From an uncultured virus (IMG/VR IMGVR_UViG_3300019373_000270) (lineage: Duplodnaviria > Heunggongvirae > Uroviricota > Caudoviricetes), in the IMG/VR virus record IMGVR_UViG_3300019373_000270: a stretch of DNA of 64,000 nt, one strand, 5' to 3'. Shown piece by piece: positions 44,463-52,312 of this stretch. The notes under the pieces were generated by a model. That model made no database searches and had not been told where the DNA came from. It saw only the letters and a list, made by a program, of their open reading frames with translations. A program made the position numbers and the translations under genes. Within the stretch, counting starts at the first letter, position 1. Every line of letters starts with the position of its first letter.

Positions 44463-44625
44463 TCCTTACAAAAAAACTTTCTTATTTATATTATACTAGA
44501 TTATCTGTCGTTTCAAAAATTTTATATAGATTATTTTATCAGTTTTGATTTCCTTATATAATATAAATGTATAAATTTCATTGATAACAGGAGTTAATAA
44601 GTAGTCTGTAAAAGGAGGATTTACA

Positions 44626-45738
44626 ATGAATAAAATGACAATAGCTATTGATTACGATGATGTACTTGCAAAATGCGTCGAATACGCAGTAGAGCTTGAA
44701 GCACAAAAAGGAAATATTCTCGATTATAGAACGATTGACAGCTGGGGAAAGACAGGAAGAGCAACCGATGCGATCTTTAAGTACTTTGCCAGTGAGGAAT
44801 TCTTCCGTATGCAGCCTTTGTATGAAGGTGCAAATGAATTCATAAAGGAATTAGATAAGAGAGGCCATGAGATCGTTATTCTTACGGCGATAGACCCGAA
44901 GTTTGCTTCACTCAGAGCTGCAAGAATAATGAATGAATTCCCACAAATAAAGAAAGAAAATATTATTTTATCTTCAAGGAAAGATCTGGTCCATGTAGAC
45001 GTGCTGATTGATGATGCGCCCCATAACTTAAATGATACACCAGCAAAATTCCCGATCTGTTTTAGAAGACCGTGGAATGAACATCTTACAGGGCTGATAT
45101 CTGTATTCAGTTATGAAGAGATACTCAGCTTTATAGATAGGGTTTCTCGTTTATACAATGGGGGAACGGATTATAAGAACAAAGTATACTGTCTGGTAGC
45201 ACCTAGCTGCTCGGGCAAGACCGAAATAGCTAAAAAACTGAGCATGGATCCAAGATTCAGTATCCCCAGATCTACCACAACAAGAAAAATCAGAAACGGC
45301 GAATCAAAAGAAGCGTATAATTTTGTATCAAGAGAAGAATTTGAACAGATGTATAAAAACGGAAAGTTCATTGAAACGACAGTGTATGCCGGAAACAGAT
45401 ATGGTACAACTAAAAACGAGATCGACAACATCCTTTCTTCCGGAAAGAATGCTGTACTTCCCATAGATTTTTCGGGAGCAAATGCTTTGAAGATGAGATA
45501 CGGTGAACAGTGCGAGATGATTTACGTCAAACGCCCTAAAGCTGACATAATTCGTTCACTTCTTGATCGTATGCTTGCTCAGAATTCAGAAAAAATAAAT
45601 ACAGCAGATGTCGTTAATGATATCCAAAACAGGATATTATCTATTGATGACGAAAAAAAGAACGAATACCTTTGTGATAAAGTTTTGATAAATAACGCTC
45701 CTATCGATGATGTTATACAGAATTTTTGGAATTTATAG
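44626..45738 (+). CDS. Fusion of 5'(3')-deoxyribonucleotidase (HAD) and guanylate kinase
   Basis: IDYDDVL...LIDDAPHN...RPWN, then APSCSGKT, STTTRKIRNGE, YNFVSREEF, YGT. Confidence 0.88.
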   Translation: MNKMTIAIDYDDVLAKCVEYAVELEAQKGNILDYRTIDSWGKTGRATDAIFKYFASEEFFRMQPLYEGANEFIKELDKRGHEIVILTAIDPKFASLRAARIMNEFPQIKKENIILSSRKDLVHVDVLIDDAPHNLNDTPAKFPICFRRPWNEHLTGLISVFSYEEILSFIDRVSRLYNGGTDYKNKVYCLVAPSCSGKTEIAKKLSMDPRFSIPRSTTTRKIRNGESKEAYNFVSREEFEQMYKNGKFIETTVYAGNRYGTTKNEIDNILSSGKNAVLPIDFSGANALKMRYGEQCEMIYVKRPKADIIRSLLDRMLAQNSEKINTADVVNDIQNRILSIDDEKKNEYLCDKVLINNAPIDDVIQNFWNL

Positions 45739-45882
45739 ACTATTTTTAGAGTCCCCGTTGAGGGACTCTTTTTTTATCTTAAAGGGATAAAAAAAGACTC
45801 TCTTACGAGAGTCTAAAAGAAAATACGTTATACAACTGCAGTCTCAACCAAAGCTTACCCTGTTTATGTATAACGAAAATTT

Positions 45883-46338
45883 TTATAGTCTGATATTGCC
45901 GGCTAGATTTTCATTTATCTTGATTTTTTGAGAAATAACCTGATCACGAGGAGTATCCTCATTCTCATTTAAAAACCGTTCAGTCCTTGAAAAATTAGGA
46001 CAATCATACACCATATATGATGTCCGGTTCATACATATTTCAGGAGAAGCTATCCAGCCGGGGACCGGATGAAACCCCCGAAACCATCCGCACTTCAGAT
46101 CAGACGAATGCTGACAGTTCCAGCATAAGGTCCCACACTTATACAGTTCATCTATTTGAGTCTGAGACAATCTCGAAAGGTCAAGTAAATTCCTTTCAGA
46201 TGCCTTCCGGGATATTATCATATCGTGGATCTTCTTGCCGCTTATCCCTTCTTCATAGAAATCCATATAGCTTAGTTCTTCCTTTATATTTATATTCAAA
46301 ATTAATTCTCGGAGAGTTGTGTTCATTGTAATAAACAC
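45883..46338 (-). CDS. Hypothetical Cys-rich protein
   Basis: LCWNC...CGW..GFHPVPGW...YDCPNF. Confidence 0.55.
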   Translation of the reverse strand: MFITMNTTLRELILNINIKEELSYMDFYEEGISGKKIHDMIISRKASERNLLDLSRLSQTQIDELYKCGTLCWNCQHSSDLKCGWFRGFHPVPGWIASPEICMNRTSYMVYDCPNFSRTERFLNENEDTPRDQVISQKIKINENLAGNIRL

Positions 46339-46464
46339 CTGCTTTCTAACGTATTTGCTTTTAGTATCTCCAATTATCTTAAAAGCATCTGTTATTATTA
46401 TATATGAAAATTACACTCAATAAAAAAGCCCTGTTCAAATAAAATGAACAGGGAAGGTGAAGTT

Positions 46465-46653
46465 CTATGCAACTGCAAACATTTTGTAAAGATGTTCTTC
46501 AGAAAAACTGGATTGTCCGCCGTTGAGCCAGGACACTGTGACCTGATCAAAATCATCGATGTAAATAATCGTCGCAACAGACCCCTTTTGAATATCCATA
46601 TAATCTTCCAACAGTTTGATTTTCTCTCCGACCGTAATTTTTGACATACTCAA
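46465..46653 (-). CDS. DUF4314-like small protein
   Basis: GEKIKL...GSVATI.YIDD..QV.VSW.NG. Confidence 0.5.
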   Translation of the reverse strand: MSMSKITVGEKIKLLEDYMDIQKGSVATIIYIDDFDQVTVSWLNGGQSSFSEEHLYKMFAVA

Positions 46654-46930
46654 CGTTCCTTTCTTTTTTATAAATTATATCAGATATGTGAATTTTTATC
46701 AAGCTGTCTTTTCTGAATTCTTTTAGAACATTTTTTGCTGAACATAATAGTAAACATAAAAACGAGGTCTTAGTTTGAGTTTTCTTTCTGAATCAACGCA
46801 TTATCTTCATTTCCTAAATTTTATATCAGACCATTTTTTACGAGCTGGGAATTTAACTGTACATAGTATACAGAATTACATCGATTTTTGTTAACCGGAA
46901 GAACAATTAATAATGGATATTTTTTTGTGA

Positions 46931-46960
46931 TTGACAAAATGAGCATATGTATGTTATAAT
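46931..46960 (+). promoter_or_regulatory. SigmaA promoter
   Basis: TTGACA-18 bp-(TG)TATAAT. Confidence 0.7.
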
Positions 46961-47186
46961 AAAAACATAAAGTTAAGGATAAAAAATGGGTGACATTTGA
47001 CATCCTTAGACCGGCAACATTGCGTCGGTTAATATTGTTCGAGAAGTTCTTTTTGAACCTTTGATACGCATGAAAAAAGCAATGTATAAAACCAAGAGAA
47101 TAAATAACCGCGATCTTCGGGGATTGCCTATACGGAAAAGATCTTTTCAGGTTATGCATGCAGCCTGAATATTATTTATCATAATT

Positions 47187-47216
47187 GCCTCGCCAATTTT
47201 CCGGCGGGGCTTTTTT
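47187..47216 (+). terminator. Intrinsic terminator
   Basis: GCCTCGCC...GGCGGGGC followed by T6. Confidence 0.8.
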
Positions 47217-47255
47217 GTTTATGATCAGAATAGTCGAATTATACAGCATGTAATA

Positions 47256-47696
47256 GTCTAAAATTAAGACAGAAGATGGTCTGAAAATTCACCTGAAAAT
47301 TTCCTCAATACCGTATTAGACTATATTTAAGACAGTATTTAGTCTAAAAAGTTGTCAGGATAGTGTTAAAATATCAGACAGAAATAAGCATAATGCTGTT
47401 TTCGTCTAATTTTTAGACAGTATTTAGACTAAAAATCAGATAGAAAAGCGCCTGAAAATATGTCAGACCAAAATTCAGACAGTTTTAAGTCTGATTTTTA
47501 GACAGAAAATAGTCTAAAAAAACGACAGATATGCTCTTAAAACTATATTAGTCTAAGTTTTAGACAGTATTTAGTCTAAAAACTTGTCAAGAAAGTGACT
47601 AAAATTTAGATTTAAGAACATACGATACCATAATAGTCTGACTTTTAGACAGTTATTAGGCTTAATTTTAGACAATCCTTAGTCTAAAACTTTGTC
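47256..47696. repeat. Array of about 17 imperfect 15-bp palindromes GTCTRA-N3-TYAGAC with 23-bp period
   Basis: Copies start at 47256, 47279, 47319, 47342, 47365, 47404, 47427, 47450, 47466, 47489, 47512, 47551, 47574, 47597, 47636, 47659, 47682. Confidence 0.85.
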
Positions 47697-47833
47697 ACTT
47701 ATTTAGTTCCCGGTTAAGATCTCGAAGCTATATACATTAATTATATAAAAATATTAAGATTTTACGTTTTTTAGAAGAATATCCGAGTGCTTCATGCTGC
47801 GGGTGATAAAATTTACCGGTATTTGTAAATTTC

Positions 47834-48161
47834 ATTCAAAATCCGAATAAAATTATTCAAAATCTGAATAATACTCTTCAAATTTTGAATAAAATGCTTT
47901 AGCGTATTAAAACTAACTTTAGTACGCTAAAACTAATTGGTTTCATATTTCTAAAACTAATTTCATATTTCTAAAACTAATTTTAGTTTTAGCGTAATGA
48001 AGGAAAAATATGGAATAATTATTCAAAATCTGAATTAAAAAACGCTGAAATGAAGCAAAAATCTCCGAAAATCTAAAACTAAATCGAAAAGTTAGTTTTA
48101 GAACTCTTAAAGGAAAATAAAAACGAAAACATACCCAAAATATACCCAAAACATACCCAAA
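47834..48161. repeat. Iteron-like repeat families (ATTCAAAATCYGAAT; CTAAAACTAA; ATACCCAAA)
   Basis: 21-bp, ~20-bp and 11-bp periodic repeats read directly from the sequence. Confidence 0.75.
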
Positions 48162-49519
48162 TTGGAGCAAATCGTGGGTTCAAAACGTCACTCAGAGTCA
48201 TTTCTACACAATAACTACCTAAAAACTACACCAGAACTGTCGTTTCATATTCGTTTTTTCACTCCTTTCATCCATATAATAATTCAAATTTTGAATAAAC
48301 ATAAAAAATTACAGGGGGGCAGTATAAAAACAAGAAAATCGAGAAGAAGAATAAAAGAATATAAAACTACGAAATCACTTCCCGAGGGAGGGAAATATCA
48401 AACACCGGCGAAAATCATCTTACAAGTAAGGTGTCTAAAATTTAGACAGTTTAATAAATCATCGTTCGGTGGTTTATTTCATTATCTTTTCAATCTATGC
48501 TCCATTATAACAATTCCGTATGAACTTTTTTCAAGCCTGCTCGTACATTTTTATATACAGAAGGAAGAAAAAGAATTCAAAAGGAAGAATCAAACAAGAA
48601 GAAAATATAAAGAAAAAATCCTTACACAAAAAGGAATAATCAAAATGATAAACTGATCGTTCTCTTTTACGAAAAGTGTCTAAAAATCAGACAAAAAATA
48701 AAATACATTCACACGTCTCTCTTCTCAAAAATTTTCCATAATGTTTTCTTTCAAAAAAATAGAACAGTAATTCTTTGGTTTATAAAAAAGATAATCGAAA
48801 GGAAAGTGTAGTAACATACACACGAACAAAAACGTCCCTGTGTAGTTCTGTTTCATACATCTATTCAACTCTCTGTCAAAAAAAAATCTCACATACTTAT
48901 TTTTACATACGGGAAAATATACAAACATTCCCTTATCATTCTTTTTCTTCACTCTTCCTTTGTACATCCATTCGTGTACAACTACGTGCATTATCTTTAT
49001 TTCCCTGAGTAAAACTTTCTATTCGGTAAATCTTCATTCTTTTTATCATTTTATCACTTCGTATCTGTCAGAGATCCTTTTATATCTTTTGTATCATCAG
49101 TATGAAATAGACCGTCCGATCATCATTCCTTTTCTCATTCTTTTCCATTATCATCTTGTAAAATGACCGATAAAAAATCATACAGAAACATCATTTAAAT
49201 TTCTGTATGATAAAAAATAATCACTTTCAAAAATATTTTTCTGAAAATATTTTCAGAGAATAATTATTCGGTATAATAATCATAAGCACGTTTTCTCTAA
49301 TGGTATCTTCATTTCAACCATCTAACATAATTTTTCCTATATATTTCATCTATGATTTCCGTCATATTGTTTTTCACCATAATAAAAATAATCTCTCTAA
49401 TGTTCCGATATCTCAGAACATTTCTCATAATGTTTTCTCACCGTTCTTCATTCCTATTATCATTTTTCTGTATAATAAAAAAAGACCCCGCGTAATGCGA
49501 GGTCAAAAAATAGCGGATC

Positions 49520-49903
49520 TCAATATGCAGGAGTAAAAGTACAGCCGGCTGATTCACATGCAGCCTTCATTTCTTCAACTTCATTTTCTCTTCTTTTCTT
49601 TCTCCAGTATTCTTCGTACTCTTTTGTCCCCGGAGTAAATATCTTACCGGTATTATAAAAAGAATTCTCAGGAGGAAGAATGGTCGTCGGAAGATTTTCG
49701 TAAAGTTCCATTTCTCTTACACTTATTTCGTTGCTAAAGAGATCCTCATATGAGGATTCGTATATGCATGGGTCGTTATATTTTCTGCAGTACTCTTCTG
49801 CGTCTTCTTTGTTGGAAGTAGCGAAAAGAATTTCTTCTTTGCTAACGGCATCACCGAATCCGCCGTCAACGTCGTATGAATGGATAATAAGATAGATTTT
49901 CAT
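49520..49903 (-). CDS. Hypothetical protein
   Basis: AAAGGAG SD; MKIYLIIHSYDVDGGFGDA start. Confidence 0.6.
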   Translation of the reverse strand: MKIYLIIHSYDVDGGFGDAVSKEEILFATSNKEDAEEYCRKYNDPCIYESSYEDLFSNEISVREMELYENLPTTILPPENSFYNTGKIFTPGTKEYEEYWRKKRRENEVEEMKAACESAGCTFTPAY

Positions 49904-50035
49904 ATGTAAAAACTCCTTTATAATAATAAGATCCAACTCGACTCCAAGTTATCAAGTAATAGATCTGATGTAATTATAAAAGAAAATACATAGCGATAAA
50001 ATAAACCATGAGAAAAAAATATACCTGCGGTCTAC

Positions 50036-50064
50036 TTGATTTTTTCTGAAAGATATGTTATAAT
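50036..50064 (+). promoter_or_regulatory. SigmaA promoter of tRNA operon 1
   Basis: TTGATT-17 bp-(TG)TATAAT. Confidence 0.8.
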
Positions 50065-50096
50065 GACCACAACATCAAAGAAAGGAGAAAACCGAA

Positions 50097-50225
50097 ATGA
50101 AAAAGTTCACTGTTTCATATCTGTATAGCGAATCATTACAGAGCCTCGTCCTCGAATCGGAAGAGACTTCTTTTGTGCTGCATACAGATAAAGCGGATGA
50201 ACATTTCGGGATCTCTTATTTCTGA
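50097..50225 (+). CDS. Leader peptide 1 (42 aa, Leu/Glu/Ser-rich): MKKFTVSYLYSESLQSLVLESEETSFVLHTDKADEHFGISYF
   Basis: AAAGGAG SD; lies between promoter and attenuator terminator. Confidence 0.8.
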   Translation: MKKFTVSYLYSESLQSLVLESEETSFVLHTDKADEHFGISYF

Positions 50226-50246
50226 GTATATTGATCCTTGTAAGTG

Positions 50247-50279
50247 AAACACCGTCTGTTTGCAGCAGGCGGTGTTTTT
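50247..50279 (+). terminator. Attenuator terminator 1
   Basis: AAACACCGTCTGT-TTGCA-GCAGGCGGTGTTT-TT, 5 nt before the first tRNA. Confidence 0.85.
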
Positions 50280-50284
50280 GTTAT

Positions 50285-50359
50285 GCCCGAATGATGGAAA
50301 TTGGCATACATTCCTGTCTTAGAAACAGGCTTCTGAGAGTTCGAATCTCTCTTCGGGTA
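50285..50359 (+). tRNA. tRNA-Leu(TAG), short variable loop
   Basis: CCTGT-CT TAG AA-ACAGG; GAGAG-TTCGAAT-CTCTC. Confidence 0.9.
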
Positions 50360-50364
50360 CTTAT

Positions 50365-50438
50365 GCGGGATTGGCGGAACAGGCATACGCAGCGGTCTCA
50401 AATACCGTTTTTTCAGGGTTCGACTCCCTGATCCCGCA
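50365..50438 (+). tRNA. tRNA-Leu(CAA), short variable loop
   Basis: GCGGT-CT CAA AT-ACCGT; CAGGG-TTCGACT-CCCTG. Confidence 0.9.
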
Positions 50439-50446
50439 TTTGATAT

Positions 50447-50519
50447 GCTCCCGTAGACCAACGGCAGAGTCAGCGGCTTTAAACACCGTTAAGTGTGAGT
50501 TCAAATCTCATCGGGAGTA
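50447..50519 (+). tRNA. tRNA-Leu(TAA), short variable loop
   Basis: GCGGC-TT TAA AC-ACCGT (31-39 mismatch); GTGAG-TTCAAAT-CTCAT. Confidence 0.8.
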
Positions 50520-50554
50520 TCAGGATCAATATATTCGGAAAGGAGATGTTTTCA

Positions 50555-50779
50555 ATGCCCGTTATAGATGTCAAGGCGACAGGTGCGAACATCAAAGCTA
50601 TAATGAAGATGAAAGGCTTTAAGATAGCCGATGTTCAGGAGAGGTGCGGCTTCAATACCCCGCAGGCTATTTTCAAATGGATGCGTGGAGATGCTGTGCC
50701 TACCATCGACAATATGATTATCATTGCCGATATGTTCGACGTGACAATAGACCAGATAGTTATAATCAAAAGGATATGA
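50555..50779 (+). CDS. XRE-family HTH protein (copy 1, inside tRNA operon 1)
   Basis: GFNTPQAIFKWMRGDAVPTIDN; AAGGAG SD. Confidence 0.9.
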   Translation: MPVIDVKATGANIKAIMKMKGFKIADVQERCGFNTPQAIFKWMRGDAVPTIDNMIIIADMFDVTIDQIVIIKRI

Positions 50780-50854
50780 CTTGTCAGGAAATATTGATAC
50801 ATAATAAAACAATGCACAGTTGCGGGATATGCTAACTTACCTGTAACTTGCTTC

Positions 50855-50926
50855 GGCCGCATCGTCTAATGGTCAGGACACAAGGTTTTCAACCTTGAAA
50901 TGTGGGTTCAACTCCCACTGCGGTCA
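50855..50926 (+). tRNA. tRNA-Glu(TTC)
   Basis: CAAGG-TT TTC AA-CCTTG; complete cloverleaf. Confidence 0.9.
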
Positions 50927-51011
50927 TTATAGCGCCCCATTTGAAATTCAGACAAGTTCCATGCTTTTGCGGCAGTGTTTTGTGGATTTCAATAGTCGGA
51001 ATGCTAAAAAT

Positions 51012-51106
51012 GTCCGTGTGTATGAACGTCATCAACATAGTTGATGACCGGAATACATACTCGGTTCAGAACCGAGGTTTTGTGAGTTCGAGTCTCCCCA
51101 CGGATA
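51012..51106 (+). tRNA. tRNA-Leu(CAG)-like with a 21-nt hairpin inserted in the D-loop
   Basis: Acceptor GTCCGTG/CACGGAT; CTCGG-TT CAG AA-CCGAG; T-loop TTCGAGT. Confidence 0.75.
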
Positions 51107-51109
51107 TAC

Positions 51110-51182
51110 GGCGGATTCGTCTAATTGGACAGGACAGGAGACTTTCAATTTCCAAATATGGGTTCGAGCCCCGTATCCGTCA
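51110..51182 (+). tRNA. tRNA-Glu(TTC)
   Basis: GGAGA-CT TTC AA-TTTCC. Confidence 0.88.
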
Positions 51183-51202
51183 TAAGTAGCTTACAAAGCT
51201 AC

Positions 51203-51231
51203 TTGACAATTCTCTGTATGAGTGATATAAT
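51203..51231 (+). promoter_or_regulatory. SigmaA promoter of tRNA operon 2
   Basis: Perfect TTGACA-17 bp-(TG)TATAAT. Confidence 0.9.
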
Positions 51232-51287
51232 CAGTTACAACAACAGGGGAGCAACAAACTCCCGAATTACTTTACGAAAGGATGAGA

Positions 51288-51425
51288 ATGATGAACTCTG
51301 CTAAGAACATTTCTGTTATCAGATGGTTTGAGTATCAGTATAGCTTTAGCTTTAGTTTTGACCAGTGTGGTCAAGGCTTTGTTGTACTGCATACTAAACC
51401 CGATGATCTTTCAGGTTCAAGATAG
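51288..51425 (+). CDS. Leader peptide 2 (45 aa, Phe/Gln/Cys/Trp): MMNSAKNISVIRWFEYQYSFSFSFDQCGQGFVVLHTKPDDLSGSR
   Basis: GAAAGGA SD; lies between promoter and terminator. Confidence 0.8.
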   Translation: MMNSAKNISVIRWFEYQYSFSFSFDQCGQGFVVLHTKPDDLSGSR

Positions 51426-51456
51426 AGTTTATCTGCCATCTTCTGATAGAACATAT

Positions 51457-51493
51457 CGTCTGTATGTAGTGCGAACTCATACGGACGTTTTTT
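51457..51493 (+). terminator. Attenuator terminator 2
   Basis: CGTCTGTATG...(GCGA loop)...CATACGGACG followed by T6. Confidence 0.85.
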
Positions 51494-51518
51494 ATTTCTA
51501 TCGGAAGGTGGTATTATT

Positions 51519-51749
51519 ATGACTTCGGAAATGCCGGTCATTGATATGACAGCGACAGGCTCTAACATAAAAACTCTTATAAAAGAAAAAGGTCTGAAAG
51601 TGGCTGAAATTCAGAACATTCTGGGGTTCAACACACCTCAGTCCATATTCAAGTGGATGAGAGGGGAGTCCATGCCCTCTATCGACAATCTGGTGATACT
51701 GGCACATATCCTGAATGTCACCATTGATGAGATAATAATCCTGAACTGA
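51519..51749 (+). CDS. XRE-family HTH protein (copy 2, first gene of tRNA operon 2)
   Basis: GFNTPQSIFKWMRGESMPSIDN; paralogue of 50555-50779. Confidence 0.9.
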   Translation: MTSEMPVIDMTATGSNIKTLIKEKGLKVAEIQNILGFNTPQSIFKWMRGESMPSIDNLVILAHILNVTIDEIIILN

Positions 51750-51773
51750 ATGTCCCGAAATCTCGGGACACAT

Positions 51774-51846
51774 GCCCTTGTAGCTCAGTTGGTAGAGCGC
51801 AGGTCTGAAGAACCTGGCGCCGCAAGTTCGATCCTTGCCGAGGGCA
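51774..51846 (+). tRNA. tRNA-Phe(GAA)
   Basis: CAGGT-CT GAA GA-ACCTG. Confidence 0.92.
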
Positions 51847-51852
51847 TTATGA

Positions 51853-51923
51853 TTCCGTTTCGTCTAGTGGTAGGACATCGGTTTCTGACACCGAAAACGG
51901 GAGTTCAAATCTCTCAGCGGAAA
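51853..51923 (+). tRNA. tRNA-Gln(CTG)
   Basis: TCGGT-TT CTG AC-ACCGA; U1-A72. Confidence 0.9.
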
Positions 51924-51926
51924 TAT

Positions 51927-51997
51927 GACTGTGTAGCCAAGCGGAAAGGCAGTCGGCTGCAACCCGACGAGCGTAGGTTCGACCCCTATCACAGTCT
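51927..51997 (+). tRNA. tRNA-Cys(GCA)
   Basis: GTCGG-CT GCA AC-CCGAC; U73. Confidence 0.92.
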
Positions 51998-52007
51998 TTT
52001 GCTAAAT

Positions 52008-52080
52008 GCCTTTGTAGCTCAGTTGGTAGAGCGTATGCCTGAAGAGCATAGCGTCGCAAGTTCGATTCTTGCCGGAGGCA
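52008..52080 (+). tRNA. tRNA-Phe(GAA)
   Basis: TATGC-CT GAA GA-GCATA. Confidence 0.92.
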
Positions 52081-52086
52081 CTATGA

Positions 52087-52158
52087 TTCCGTTTCGTCTA
52101 ACAGGCAGGACAACAGACTTTGACTCTGTAAGTGGGAGTTCGACCCTCTCAGCGGAAG
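52087..52158 (+). tRNA. tRNA-Gln(TTG)
   Basis: ACAGA-CT TTG AC-TCTGT. Confidence 0.92.
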
Positions 52159-52162
52159 CTAT

Positions 52163-52234
52163 AGGAGAATAGTTCAATGGCTAGAATGACGGTCTCCAAA
52201 ACCGTAGATCTCAGTTCGACTCTGAGTTTTCCTG
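52163..52234 (+). tRNA. tRNA-Trp(CCA)
   Basis: ACGGT-CT CCA AA-ACCGT; G73. Confidence 0.92.
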
Positions 52235-52251
52235 TCTATACTACAGGTTTA

Positions 52252-52280
52252 TTGAAATCTGTTCTAAGTTATGTTATAAT
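52252..52280 (+). promoter_or_regulatory. SigmaA promoter of tRNA operon 3
   Basis: TTGAAA-17 bp-(TG)TATAAT. Confidence 0.85.
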
Positions 52281-52312
52281 GTCATTAAAGAAATCAAGAA
52301 AGGACGATCATC

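Noticed and set aside
46960..47216. tmRNA (ORF ends in ...HAA-stop within a hairpin)
   Set aside because: No tRNA-Ala-like acceptor or T-arm ends are visible.
47256..47696. CRISPR array
   Set aside because: Repeats are 15 bp and degenerate, spacers are only 8 bp and similar to each other, and no cas genes are present.
46821..49536. ORF-track ORFs in the repeat region (e.g. 48162-48656, 47943-48170)
   Set aside because: No SD, low complexity, and they translate repeats or compositional bias; likely spurious.
50447..50519. Ochre suppressor tRNA (anticodon TTA)
   Set aside because: Standard cloverleaf numbering gives loop TT-TAA-AC; reading TTA needs an off-centre 9-nt loop. Element genes use TAA stops normally.
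51012..51106. Selenocysteine or opal (TCA) tRNA
   Set aside because: The perfect 5-bp stem centres CAG in the loop; there is no long variable arm or 8/5 fold, and the discriminator is A73.
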